From positions 1 to 57,842 of the forward strand of contig JBFLWF010000016.1 in NCBI GenBank assembly GCA_040758355.1: DNA of 57,842 bases, read 5' to 3'. The notes under the pieces are model-generated. The model did no database searches, was not told the origin of the DNA, and saw only the letters and a program-made list of their open reading frames with translations. Below, piece by piece: positions 28,567-38,872 of the stretch; position 1 is the stretch's first letter; every line of letters begins with the position of its first letter. Source of the DNA: Nitrospirota bacterium (GTDB lineage: Bacteria; Nitrospirota; Thermodesulfovibrionia; Thermodesulfovibrionales; Dissulfurispiraceae). Position numbers and translations under genes: made by a program.

Positions 28567-31500
28567 ATGACCAAACTCACTGAAAATAGCATAGAAACCT
28601 TTGCAATTGAATTTCTCCAGTCTCTGGGCTGGGATTATATTCACGGTTTATCTATTGCTCCGGGCGCGGAGCATGCGGAGAGGGAAAGTTTTGAGCAGAT
28701 AATTTTAAAACATCGCTTACGGAAGGCTGTTTCAAGGCTTAATCCTGATATTCCAGCAGATGCTCAAGAGCAGGCTGTGCAAAAAGTCCTGCGGATTTAT
28801 TCTCCGGATCTGCTCCATAACAACGAAACCTTTCACCATTTCTTAGTTGAGAAGGTAAAAATCCCTTATCAGCAGGACGGATACGAGAGAAGCTATGAGG
28901 TAAGTTTGATTGATTTTGAAAATCCGCTCAATAATGAATTCTTAGCCATCAATCAATATACTATCATTGAAAACAATCAAAACAAGCGGCCTGATGTCTT
29001 GCTCTTTGTCAACGGCATTCCGTTAGTTGTGATTGAATTGAAGAATGCGGCTGATGAAAGCGCTACTGTCAGAAGGGCTTATGACCAGATACAGACTTAT
29101 AAAGCAACAATACCGAGCCTGTTCACTTATAACTCCGTCTGCGTTATTTCAGACGGGATGGAATGCAGGGCTGGAAGCGTTTCTGCAGGCTTCAGCCGTT
29201 ATACGGCATGGAAATCCGCAGATGGGAAGACCGACGCCTCGCGCTTTTCACCGCAATTGGAAACCCTTATAAAAGGGATGCTGAACCCCATCACGCTTTT
29301 AGACCTTGTCCGCAATTTCATTGTATTTGAAAAGACAAAGAAGGAAGACCCAAAGACAGGCATTATAAGGGTTGAGACCGAAAAGAAGCTTGCGGCATAT
29401 CATCAATACTATGCGGTAAACAAGGCTATTGAAAGCACCATTAAGGCATCTGTAAAAGAGGGCAGCAAGAAAGGCGGCGTTGTCTGGCATACGCAGGGAT
29501 CGGGCAAAAGCATCAGCATGGTATTTTATGCAGGCAAGCTGATTACCTCTGTTGAAATGCAAAATCCTACTATCGTGGTTATAACAGACCGGAACGATCT
29601 GGACGACCAGTTGTTTGAAACCTTTGCAGCGTCAAAACAACTGCTCAGGCAAGAACCAATGCAGGCAAAAGACCGCGAGCATTTAAAAGAGATTTTAAAG
29701 GTTGCATCCGGCGGCATTGTGTTTACTACTATCCAGAAGTTTTTGCCTGAGGCAGGCAGGACTGAATATGACAGGCTTTCCGACAGAACCAATATAGTCG
29801 TTATAGCTGATGAAGCCCACCGGACCCAATACGGCTTTGAGGCTAAATTGATTGATGAAAAAGATAGAGAGACAAAAGAAGTTGTCGGCAAGCGGATAGC
29901 ATACGGCTTTGCCAAGTATATGAGAGACGCGCTTCCTAACGCGACTTATATCGGTTTTACAGGCACTCCAATTGAAAACACTGATATAAATACTCCGGCG
30001 GTGTTCGGGCAGTATGTTGATATTTATGATATTTCGCAATCGGTGGCGGACGGCGCAACCGTTAAGATTTATTACGAGAGCCGTCTGGCAAAGGTCAATC
30101 TTGATGAAGAAGGCAGACGGTTGATTGAGGAGTTCGACAGAGAACTTGAAGAAGACGCGGAGATAACGGACAAGCAAAGAGCCAAAGCCAAGTGGACAAA
30201 ACTTGAGGCGATTGTTGGAAATCAGGAGAGGGTAAAAAATTTAGCTAAGGATATTGTTACGCACTTTGAACATAGGCAGGCTGTGTTTGACGGCAAGGGA
30301 ATGATTGTCGCTATGAGCAGAAGGATTGCGGTTGACCTCTATAACGAAATTATCAGGCTCAGACCCGAATGGCATAGCGACGACCTGACCAAAGGAGCGA
30401 TCAAGGTCGTAATGACAGCATCCAGCGCTGACGGGCCTGTTATGCAGAAGCTGCATACGACAAAAGCTGAGCGCAAAGTTTTATCCGACAGGATGAAAGA
30501 CCCGGCAGACCCTATGAAACTGGTCATTGTCAGGGATATGTGGCTTACGGGGTTTGATGCGCCGTGCCTGCATACAATGTATATCGATAAGCCTATGAGA
30601 GGCCATACCCTGATGCAGGCAATAGCAAGGGTAAACAGGGTATTCAAAGATAAGCCGGGCGGATTGGTCGTGGATTATCTGGGCATAGCGTCGGACCTCA
30701 AAAAGGCATTGTCTTTCTATTCCGATTCAGGTGGGAAAGGAGACCCGGCAGAAGGGCAGGAAAAAGCGGTCGCGGCGATGCTGGAAAAGTTGGAAGTAGT
30801 GCGTCAGCTTTTCTTTGAAGAGAGCAAGACAAAAGATGCGATTATGATCGCGGAGCCCGCCGCTTACTATGCCGATTATCCGGGAACAGGCTTTAACTAC
30901 AAGCGTTTCTTCTCTGCATCTCCCAACGAGAAGCTGTCCATTATATTGCAAGCGGAGGAGCATATCTTAGGGTTGGAAGACGGCAAGAACCGTTTTATCC
31001 GAGAGGTAACATTGCTAAGTCAGGCTTTTGCACTTTCCATTCCGCATGAAAAGGCACTGGCAATAAAAGATGAAATAGCATTTTTTCAGGCAGTAAAGGC
31101 GAGGCTTGTAAAGTTTGTAGGAGGCGGTACAGGCAGGCCGGATATAGACATTGAAACAGCCATTAAGCAGATAGTTGATGAGGCATTGAGTTCCGAGCAA
31201 GTAATTGATATTTTTGATGCGGCCGGGATTAAGAAACCTGAAATATCCATCCTCTCAGAAGAATTTTTGCTCGAAATAAAAGGTATGAAGCATCAGAACC
31301 TTGCCCTTGAACTTTTGAAAAAGGTGTTGAATGATGAAATTAAAATCCGTTCAAAAACCAATCTGGTAAAAGGCAGGGCATTGCTTGAGATGCTTGAAAC
31401 GGCAATCAAGAAATACAATAATGGACTGCTCACAACAGCGGAGATAATACAGTTCCTTGTTGATGAAGTCGCCAAAAAAATAAGAGAGCATGACGAAAGA

Positions 31501-31815
31501 GAAAAAGAGCTGAATCTATCAACGGAAGAACTGGCTTTCTATGATGCCCTTGCTGAAAATAAATCGGCGGTAGAAGTCCTCGGTAATGAAAAGCTCAGAA
31601 TTATTGCGATTGAAGTGGCAGAAAAGGTAAAGGCTAATGCAACGATAGACTGGACAATTCGGGAAAGCGCAAGGGCAAAGCTGATGGTGCTTGTTAAGAG
31701 GACATTGAACAAATACGGCTATCCTCCTGACATGCAGCAGAAGGCAGTTGATACGGTCTTGAAGCAAGCGGAGTTGTTGGCTGATTATTTTGCGCAGACG
31801 GCGATAGACAAATGA
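28567..31815 (+). CDS. hsdR: Type I R-M restriction subunit
   Basis: RPD..VIELK nuclease, HTQGSGKS, DEAH, FTGTP, MWLTGFDAP, QAIARVNR. Confidence 0.97.
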   Translation: MTKLTENSIETFAIEFLQSLGWDYIHGLSIAPGAEHAERESFEQIILKHRLRKAVSRLNPDIPADAQEQAVQKVLRIYSPDLLHNNETFHHFLVEKVKIPYQQDGYERSYEVSLIDFENPLNNEFLAINQYTIIENNQNKRPDVLLFVNGIPLVVIELKNAADESATVRRAYDQIQTYKATIPSLFTYNSVCVISDGMECRAGSVSAGFSRYTAWKSADGKTDASRFSPQLETLIKGMLNPITLLDLVRNFIVFEKTKKEDPKTGIIRVETEKKLAAYHQYYAVNKAIESTIKASVKEGSKKGGVVWHTQGSGKSISMVFYAGKLITSVEMQNPTIVVITDRNDLDDQLFETFAASKQLLRQEPMQAKDREHLKEILKVASGGIVFTTIQKFLPEAGRTEYDRLSDRTNIVVIADEAHRTQYGFEAKLIDEKDRETKEVVGKRIAYGFAKYMRDALPNATYIGFTGTPIENTDINTPAVFGQYVDIYDISQSVADGATVKIYYESRLAKVNLDEEGRRLIEEFDRELEEDAEITDKQRAKAKWTKLEAIVGNQERVKNLAKDIVTHFEHRQAVFDGKGMIVAMSRRIAVDLYNEIIRLRPEWHSDDLTKGAIKVVMTASSADGPVMQKLHTTKAERKVLSDRMKDPADPMKLVIVRDMWLTGFDAPCLHTMYIDKPMRGHTLMQAIARVNRVFKDKPGGLVVDYLGIASDLKKALSFYSDSGGKGDPAEGQEKAVAAMLEKLEVVRQLFFEESKTKDAIMIAEPAAYYADYPGTGFNYKRFFSASPNEKLSIILQAEEHILGLEDGKNRFIREVTLLSQAFALSIPHEKALAIKDEIAFFQAVKARLVKFVGGGTGRPDIDIETAIKQIVDEALSSEQVIDIFDAAGIKKPEISILSEEFLLEIKGMKHQNLALELLKKVLNDEIKIRSKTNLVKGRALLEMLETAIKKYNNGLLTTAEIIQFLVDEVAKKIREHDEREKELNLSTEELAFYDALAENKSAVEVLGNEKLRIIAIEVAEKVKANATIDWTIRESARAKLMVLVKRTLNKYGYPPDMQQKAVDTVLKQAELLADYFAQTAIDK

Positions 31816-34808
31816 CTGAAAGCTATCTCGACATAACAAAGAGCGTGATGATCTCTGCGCCTGCCGGTTCAGGAAAGACGGAGAAGCTTGCGAGGAGATA
31901 CATAGAGCTTCTTAAAAGCGGCTCTGATGTGGAGCGTATACTCGCAATAACATTCACAGAAAAGGCTGCTGCCGAGATGAAGGAGAGGATTCTGAACATC
32001 CTGAAAAAAGAAGACCCGGAACTCTTTGAAAGAGTCAGGGAGAAGATGCCGAGGATGCGCATATCAACCATTCATTCCTTTTGTTTAAAGCTTTTAAAAA
32101 GGTTTTCCCTTGACCTCGATGTAGACCCTTCCCTTGAGGTCATGGACGGTTTTAATGCGGATATCCTCTGGAGTGAGGCGGTATATGAATGTCTTCTTGA
32201 GGATAATGCCTCTGGAGAGGGACTGTTTTATGAAGTAATAAAAGACAGCGGCATTAAGGGATGGAATAAGCTCTACAGCATACTTGGCGAGCTCCACGGT
32301 AAAAGGCCGACTATAGAGTTCGGGATTAAGGGTTCGGCCAATGGCCACTTTGTGGAGTTAGGAGTCCAAGGTTCTGAACAAGACCACTTTGGAAGGATTC
32401 TGTCCATATATTCGAAATGCCTGAAAAGATACAAGAGGAAAAAGATGGAGCGGCATTGTCTCGACTATAACGACCTTGATCTCATGGCATATGAGGCCAT
32501 ATCAAAAAATCCCGAGTGGCAGAATGTCCTTTATTCCTTTGATGAGCATACAGACCATATACTCGTTGACGAGTTTCAGGACACAAGCATGCTCCAGTGG
32601 AAGATAATCGACAAACTCACAGAAGAATGGCGTTCCGGATTGGGTGCAAAAAGAGAGACCGGAGTTAATCCGACCATATTCCTTGTGGGTGATGACAAGC
32701 AGTCCATCTACTCCTTCAGGGGAGCCAATGTCAGCATATTTAAAAATGCTAAGAAAAAACTCACGGAATGGCTTGGAGAAGAATACCATTTCATAGAGAT
32801 AAAGGAGAACTACCGCAGCCTGCCGGCCATTGTAAATTTTGTTAATACACTCTTTGAACGGCTGATGCCAAAGGGACTTTATGACGACTATAAGGTCGAA
32901 TACACACCCTTTGATGCAACAAGGGCAGGGGAAGGGAATGTGGAACTTGTACTCCTTGACAGCATCGGCAATACAAAGGAGAACAGAAAGGCAGAGGCTG
33001 CTGTCATCGCCAGAAAGATTAAGGAATTAGCAGGCACATATGTGATATACGATAACAAGGAAAGGGGGATTTCACAAGGGGGACAAAGTCCCTCTTGTGT
33101 GCAGAAAAAATGCGGTTATGGAGACATGGCGATTCTCTTGAGGAGCAGGACGCACCTTTCAATATTTGAGGATGCGCTGAGGAGGGAAAATATCCCCTTT
33201 ATTGTCGTTAAAGGCATAGGTTTTTACAACTCCCCTGAGGTAGGTATTCTGAGAGATCTTCTGTTCTTTCTCATCGATCCACATGATGACTACAGTCTTT
33301 TTAATATCCTCCGCTCACCCTTATTCTCCATAGGATATGACACCCTGCTGAAAATTGCTAAAGATGCGGTTATCGATGACATGCCTGCCGGTTATTTATT
33401 CGAATCGCTGAAAAAATATGCAGCACAACACCCCAACACTCCATCACTCCAACACTCCATCACGTTACTTGCTAAATGGCTCGAAAGGGCGAAGGATACG
33501 CCATATGCAGTGCTGCTTGAAGATATACTTGCAGAGGCAGATGCATGGCACTATTTCCATGAAAAGCAGCGCTATGTGAATGTGAAGAAATTTATAAGGC
33601 TCGTTGAGGAATTCGAATATAACGGGCTTACAGGCTTGGAGATAAGGGAGAAGCTGATCAAGGCATCCAAAAAATCCGAAGAGGCAAAGGCCAATGTCAA
33701 CACAGAGGGCATGGATGCTGTAAGGATAATGACCATACATGCATCGAAGGGTCTCCAGTTCCCCATGGTGTTTCTCCCGTGCCTCGATGAGGACAGCAAG
33801 GCAAGAGGTTCCAGCAATGTGGTGATGGATGAAGACGAAAACGGCATTGTTATAGCCTACGAGGAAGATTTCAATATCAGGAAAAAGACGCCCCTTTTCC
33901 AGAGACATAAGGAAAGGCTTCAGGACGAAGAAAAGAGACTGTTTTATGTGGCAGTGACGAGGGCAATGGATTATCTCTGCATGTCCGGCGTATGGCCAGA
34001 TCCAGGAACAAAATCATCATCAGAGAAACTGGCAGGGAAACTGGCGTATATTGCAGATTCCTTTAATCTCATTGATATAGATTCCACATCAGGACTGCCG
34101 TTTAAGATTAATAGAGTAGGAGCAGATGGGTCAGGAGTGAAGAGTCTGGAGTTAAGAGTTAAGAGTCAAGAGTCACATATCTCTAAACTCATAACTGAAA
34201 ACTCTGAATTATTTGACGAGCCTGTATTTATCGAGCCGCTCGATTATAAGCCTTCACCTGAGTGGCTTGATGTCACTGAAGAGATAAATGAGGTAAGGAA
34301 AAAACATGGCGATGACTGGGTTGTCCTGGGCAGGGCATTTCACAGGATATTCGAGGGTATTTCAAAGAGACATATTACAATGGATAATCTAAAAAATAAG
34401 ACAACGGACATGCTTAAAAATGAAGTAATGTCTGATGCGGATGCGGATAACATGAAGAATGTTATTCTGCTCGATTTTAAAAAACTTGATGAGTCCGGCC
34501 ATTTGAAGGACATTATACTTCCTCAGGAAGATTCCTATGCCGAGCTTCCATTTGTTCTGGACATGGGGAGCAGGATCTATAAGGGAAGGATCGACAGGCT
34601 GATTATAAAAGAGGGGCAAGGGGACAAGATTGCATATATTTACGATTATAAGACATACCCGATTTCAGAAGAAGAAATACCTGAGTTGATGGAGAGATAT
34701 TTTTTCCAGATGGACATCTACAAAAAGGCTGTGGAAAGGCTCTTTTCTGTGAAGGCAAGGAGCTATATCTTCTTCACTCATGAGCCGAGGCTCGTCGAAA
34801 TGGTATAA
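31812..34808 (+). CDS. addA: AddA/RexA-like UvrD-family helicase-nuclease subunit A
   Basis: [54 protein letters not shown]-terminal GRIDRL..YDYK. Confidence 0.9.
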   Translation: MTESYLDITKSVMISAPAGSGKTEKLARRYIELLKSGSDVERILAITFTEKAAAEMKERILNILKKEDPELFERVREKMPRMRISTIHSFCLKLLKRFSLDLDVDPSLEVMDGFNADILWSEAVYECLLEDNASGEGLFYEVIKDSGIKGWNKLYSILGELHGKRPTIEFGIKGSANGHFVELGVQGSEQDHFGRILSIYSKCLKRYKRKKMERHCLDYNDLDLMAYEAISKNPEWQNVLYSFDEHTDHILVDEFQDTSMLQWKIIDKLTEEWRSGLGAKRETGVNPTIFLVGDDKQSIYSFRGANVSIFKNAKKKLTEWLGEEYHFIEIKENYRSLPAIVNFVNTLFERLMPKGLYDDYKVEYTPFDATRAGEGNVELVLLDSIGNTKENRKAEAAVIARKIKELAGTYVIYDNKERGISQGGQSPSCVQKKCGYGDMAILLRSRTHLSIFEDALRRENIPFIVVKGIGFYNSPEVGILRDLLFFLIDPHDDYSLFNILRSPLFSIGYDTLLKIAKDAVIDDMPAGYLFESLKKYAAQHPNTPSLQHSITLLAKWLERAKDTPYAVLLEDILAEADAWHYFHEKQRYVNVKKFIRLVEEFEYNGLTGLEIREKLIKASKKSEEAKANVNTEGMDAVRIMTIHASKGLQFPMVFLPCLDEDSKARGSSNVVMDEDENGIVIAYEEDFNIRKKTPLFQRHKERLQDEEKRLFYVAVTRAMDYLCMSGVWPDPGTKSSSEKLAGKLAYIADSFNLIDIDSTSGLPFKINRVGADGSGVKSLELRVKSQESHISKLITENSELFDEPVFIEPLDYKPSPEWLDVTEEINEVRKKHGDDWVVLGRAFHRIFEGISKRHITMDNLKNKTTDMLKNEVMSDADADNMKNVILLDFKKLDESGHLKDIILPQEDSYAELPFVLDMGSRIYKGRIDRLIIKEGQGDKIAYIYDYKTYPISEEEIPELMERYFFQMDIYKKAVERLFSVKARSYIFFTHEPRLVEMV
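33064..33099 (+). repeat. GGGG-led hairpin family, copy 3, in frame in addA
   Basis: GGGGGATTT-CACAAGGGGGAC-AAA-GTCCCTCTTGTG, translated [12 protein letters not shown]. Confidence 0.8.
33424..33463 (+). repeat. In-frame octamer tandem in addA
   Basis: ACCCCAAC ACTCCATC ACTCCAAC ACTCCATC, translated [13 protein letters not shown]. Confidence 0.8.
34134..34210 (+). repeat. In-frame two-armed heptamer hairpin in addA
   Basis: GAGTGAA GAGTCTG GAGTTAA GAGTTAA GAGTCAA GAGT ... CTCTAAA CTCATAA CTGAAAA CTCTGAA, translated [26 protein letters not shown]. Confidence 0.85.
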
Positions 34809-34837
34809 TTAGTAAAACGATCGAAAGGGAGGATATT

Positions 34838-35605
34838 ATGTTTGGACCGCAGTTTATGTCATTTCTGTTTATAGTATTCCTTGTAATCTATTTTCTCTCC
34901 AGTGCAATTAAGATTTTAAAGGAATACGAGAGGGGCGTTGTGTTCAGGCTTGGAAGGATTATCCCGGTAAAAGGTCCCGGACTTGTAATCATATGGCCTA
35001 TCATCGATAAACTGGTCAAGGTAAGTCTGAGGACGGTTACGATGGATGTCCCGCCGCAGGATATTATCACCAAAGACAATATTACGGTCAAGGTGAACGC
35101 AGTTATTTACTTCAGGCCGTTAGACCCTGTAAAGGCAATTACAGAGGTTGAGGATTTTTATTACGCCACTTCGCAGATAGCACAGACCACGCTCAGGAGC
35201 ATTTTAGGACAGAGCCAGCTCGACGACCTTCTTACAAAGAGGGATGAGCTTAATGCAGAGCTTCAGAAAGTGATCGACACGCAGACAGAGCCGTGGGGCG
35301 TTAAGGTTACAGCGGTTGAGGTTAAAAATGTTGACCTGCCGTCAGAGATGCTCAGGGCAATAGCAAAACAGGCAGAGGCAGAGAGGGAGAGAAGGGCCAA
35401 GATAATACATGCCGAGGGTGAATTTCAGGCATCACAGAAATTGGCAGACGCAGCGAAGATTATCTCATCAGAGCCTGCAACCCTTCAGCTCAGATACCTG
35501 CAGACCTTGACAGAGATTGCAACCGAGAAGAACTCAACAATAATCTTCCCTATTCCTATAGACTTGATAAAGACATTTCTTGAGAAGACTGGAGCAGGAA
35601 AATAA
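34838..35605 (+). CDS. SPFH/stomatin (slipin) family protein
   Basis: [42 protein letters not shown]. Confidence 0.95.
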   Translation: MFGPQFMSFLFIVFLVIYFLSSAIKILKEYERGVVFRLGRIIPVKGPGLVIIWPIIDKLVKVSLRTVTMDVPPQDIITKDNITVKVNAVIYFRPLDPVKAITEVEDFYYATSQIAQTTLRSILGQSQLDDLLTKRDELNAELQKVIDTQTEPWGVKVTAVEVKNVDLPSEMLRAIAKQAEAERERRAKIIHAEGEFQASQKLADAAKIISSEPATLQLRYLQTLTEIATEKNSTIIFPIPIDLIKTFLEKTGAGK

Positions 35606-35630
35606 GTAGAGGTAAGAGGATATTAGAGTA

Positions 35631-36353
35631 ATAAACAAAAATAACATATGGATTAAACCCCTGATACTCATACTTATTGTCGGCGGGCTGACAATAATTT
35701 TTTATAAGACGGGGTTAATTCATTTTTTCCTTAACAGGGAGAGACTGCTTAGCTTTCTGGATTCCCTTGGGCCTGCTGCATTCATTGGATTCATATTTCT
35801 TCAGGTTGCACAGGTCGTTGCGGCGCCCATCCCCGGCGAAGTTACGGGACTTCTCGGAGGCTTCCTTTACGGCCCAATCCTCGGGGTAATGCTATCCACC
35901 ACAGGATTGACCATAGGCTCCTACATAGCCTTTGCCCTTGCGCGAACGTTCGGAAGACCATTTGTGGACAGGTTTGTTGACAAAGCCATAATGAACCGAT
36001 TCGACTATCTCCTCCACCATAAAGGGGCATTCCTCGTTTTTCTCCTTTTCCTCATTCCGGGTTTTCCAAAGGATTATTTATGTTATATACTTGGATTGGG
36101 GCATCTTTCCACAATGGAATTCCTTGTGATAGGAGGCACTGGAAGACTTTTCGGCACTATATTGCTCACACTGGGAGGAGATTATATAAGACATCATCAG
36201 TACGGCAGGTTTTCCATCCTTGTGGGAATTGCGCTGATAGTTGTTTTTATTGCCATGGCATACAGGGATAAGCTTGAAAGATTGTTCAGGATATGGCATA
36301 TTATGGACTATAAAAGAAGAAAGGTGAAAAGATCAGACAAAAAGAACTCATAA
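35631..36353 (+). CDS. TVP38/TMEM64 (DedA superfamily) membrane protein; start codon non-canonical or uncertain
   Basis: Frame open from 35616; QVVAAPIPGE lies upstream of the first ATG (35889); FLIPGFPKD. Confidence 0.8.
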   Translation: MNKNNIWIKPLILILIVGGLTIIFYKTGLIHFFLNRERLLSFLDSLGPAAFIGFIFLQVAQVVAAPIPGEVTGLLGGFLYGPILGVMLSTTGLTIGSYIAFALARTFGRPFVDRFVDKAIMNRFDYLLHHKGAFLVFLLFLIPGFPKDYLCYILGLGHLSTMEFLVIGGTGRLFGTILLTLGGDYIRHHQYGRFSILVGIALIVVFIAMAYRDKLERLFRIWHIMDYKRRKVKRSDKKNS

Positions 36354-37885
36354 AGTTTCTCAGTGCGTTCATTTTCTTTTCTGCAATCCCCTCAAGTGCC
36401 TGGGCATTCGTCCCTCACGCTTATCCCGGAATCTACATACACCAGATGGGACATGTGTATTTCTTCGTCTCCTGCATATTCATTATATGGATTATAGTGC
36501 ATCATAATTTACACAAGTCGAAGGGCTGGAGATACATACTTCTTGCCGAACTGTTTTTCGCTTTATGGAATTTGGATACATTTATAGGACACATCACCGA
36601 ATTCTGGATCGAAAAGACACAAATAATAGGAAGCAGAGAAGGCTGGGATTATTTTTTTAGAGATGTAACAATTGAAGGCAGGGAATATATCTATTACATA
36701 ACACGATACGAGTTCTTTTTGCTATTACCTGCAATACTGTTCCTTTATATGGGATTGAGAGAACATCTGAAAGAGGAAAAGCCCGCGGTTTCAGTTTCTG
36801 CACTTTTGCCGTTATTCCCTATTTTATTCTCCGAAGTAGTGGGTGCATTTGTGATGGTTCTGCTCTCTGTAATGAGCCTGATTACTGCTTTAAGTCTTTA
36901 CAGAAGGGATAAAGGCAATGTGCTGTGGAGTTATTTGCTGTGGCTTTCTACATCATATGTCATTTTTTCCATATCGAGGTCACTGGGCCACATTCTTCAA
37001 CCTGCTTTAGTAGCTACAGGGTATGAACATATATGGAAGGCTATAGACCCGTACAGCGGAAGCTTCATTACCTTTACCTTTGCCGTTATAGGCACTGTCA
37101 GCCTCTTCTTTTTCAGGGCATACGCCTCTTATCTTAAAATGCTGGATGACAAAAAAAGGATTGAGGCTATTAATGCAGACTTGACCGAGTTGAATCAGGA
37201 ATTGGAGACCATGGTGGCTGAAAGGACAATGAGTTTGATGGCACTGACCGTTGCCGACAGGGTGAGGAATCCTGCTGCTGTGATTGGCTGGACATGCAAG
37301 CGGATACTCGAGAAGGAAAAGGTTCCTGAAAAACTGGGTGAAAATCTTAAAGACGTCATTGATGAGTCTGAAAAGCTGGAGTCTATTGTTAAAGATTTCG
37401 AGGCGTTGCTGAAGAGCAAGCAATCGAGGTTCATGTATGAAGATATCAATGAGATTGTAAAAGGCGTTGTATCAATCGTTGAAAAAGAGGCGGACAAAAA
37501 AAGCGTAAGGCTTTCTGTAAATCTTGCAGATCATCCTCTTAAGATAAATACACAGAAAAACTTATTGAGGGCGGCGATCTTTCACATTATAAGGAACGCC
37601 ATCGAAGCAACGCCTGATAGAGGCATGATAACGGTTACGACTGCCGGGGACAACGAAAAGGTTACGCTTGCTATTTCCGATACCGGTGCCGGCATTCCAG
37701 AGGAAGATATCGGGAGGATATTCGACCCGTTCTTCAGCACAAAGCTGTTCAGATTCGGGATGGGTCTGCCTCTGGTAAAGCAGATAATTTCAGAACATCT
37801 CGGAGAGATAAAGGTTGAAAGCGAGCCCGGAAAGGGCACAACATTTAAATTGATTTTTCCAGTGAGATGGATAGAAAAGAAGTAA
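36350..37885 (+). CDS. Membrane sensor histidine-kinase-like protein (HATPase_c)
   Basis: Multi-TM N-terminus; NAIEA, DTGAGI, FDPFFSTK, GMGL boxes; H-box reads ADRVRNP (no His); start uncertain (ATA 36350 or ATG 36446). Confidence 0.85.
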   Translation: MKFLSAFIFFSAIPSSAWAFVPHAYPGIYIHQMGHVYFFVSCIFIIWIIVHHNLHKSKGWRYILLAELFFALWNLDTFIGHITEFWIEKTQIIGSREGWDYFFRDVTIEGREYIYYITRYEFFLLLPAILFLYMGLREHLKEEKPAVSVSALLPLFPILFSEVVGAFVMVLLSVMSLITALSLYRRDKGNVLWSYLLWLSTSYVIFSISRSLGHILQPALVATGYEHIWKAIDPYSGSFITFTFAVIGTVSLFFFRAYASYLKMLDDKKRIEAINADLTELNQELETMVAERTMSLMALTVADRVRNPAAVIGWTCKRILEKEKVPEKLGENLKDVIDESEKLESIVKDFEALLKSKQSRFMYEDINEIVKGVVSIVEKEADKKSVRLSVNLADHPLKINTQKNLLRAAIFHIIRNAIEATPDRGMITVTTAGDNEKVTLAISDTGAGIPEEDIGRIFDPFFSTKLFRFGMGLPLVKQIISEHLGEIKVESEPGKGTTFKLIFPVRWIEKK

Positions 37886-37891
37886 GAATTT

Positions 37892-38872
37892 TCACCACTT
37901 GATAAGGGCCGATGCCCATGTAAGTCCGCCGCCGAATGCCTCAAGCAATACATAATCCCCTTCTCTGATCCTTCCTATGCGCACTGCTTCATCGAGGGCA
38001 ATGGGAATTGACGCTGCAGATGTATTGCCGTATCTGTCAAGATTGACAACGACCTTATCCATTGACAGTCCGAGTCTGTTTGCCGTTGCCTGAATTATCC
38101 TGAGATTTGCCTGATGGGGTATGAGTGTTGAAAGCTGCGAAGGTTTCAGATTGTTCTTCTTTAATGTATCAACTACGAGACTTTCAAGGGTTCTGACTGC
38201 CACTTTAAATGTTTCGTTTCCTTTCATCTTTAAAAAATGCAGCCTTTTATTAATAGTTTCCTTTGAGGGAGGATTTTTTGAGCCGCCGCCTGGGAGGTTT
38301 AAGAGTTCCCATAAGCTGCCGTCGGAATGCATTTCCGTGGAAACGATGCCGCTCTCTCCGTTTGCAGCCTCAAGGATGACCGCTCCGGCGCCGTCTCCGA
38401 AGAGAACGCAGGTTGTCCTGTCTTCCCAATCCGTGAACTTTGACAGGGTTTCTGCACCTACAAGCAGAATTCTTTTGTACATGCCTGATCTGATAAAACT
38501 GTCGGCAACCGATAAGCCATAGATAAAACCGGAACATGCGGCGCTAATGTCAAAGGCAGCAGCCTTTTTTGCATCGAGAAGATTCTGAAGCAGGCATGCG
38601 GTGGACGGAACAGGCATATCCCCTGTTACTGTTGCAACTACGATAAGGTCTATATCCTTTGCCTTAAGGCCGGCCTGTTTGAGTGCTGCTTTTGAGGCCT
38701 CATAGGCTAAGTCGGATGTTGACTGTTTTTCGCCGGCTATCCTTCTTTCCTTAATGCCCGTTCTTTCTGTAATCCATTCATCGGAGGTATCCATCATTTT
38801 TTCGAGGTCGAAGTTCGTAAGTTTCCTTTCAGGCGCATAAGAGCCTGTGGCAATAATCTTAGCCCTTAACAT
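37892..38872 (-). CDS. fabH: 3-oxoacyl-ACP synthase III
   Basis: AACSGF, LFGDGAGA, PHQAN, YGNTSAAS, FGGGLTW. Confidence 0.97.
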   Translation of the reverse strand: MLRAKIIATGSYAPERKLTNFDLEKMMDTSDEWITERTGIKERRIAGEKQSTSDLAYEASKAALKQAGLKAKDIDLIVVATVTGDMPVPSTACLLQNLLDAKKAAAFDISAACSGFIYGLSVADSFIRSGMYKRILLVGAETLSKFTDWEDRTTCVLFGDGAGAVILEAANGESGIVSTEMHSDGSLWELLNLPGGGSKNPPSKETINKRLHFLKMKGNETFKVAVRTLESLVVDTLKKNNLKPSQLSTLIPHQANLRIIQATANRLGLSMDKVVVNLDRYGNTSAASIPIALDEAVRIGRIREGDYVLLEAFGGGLTWASALIKW

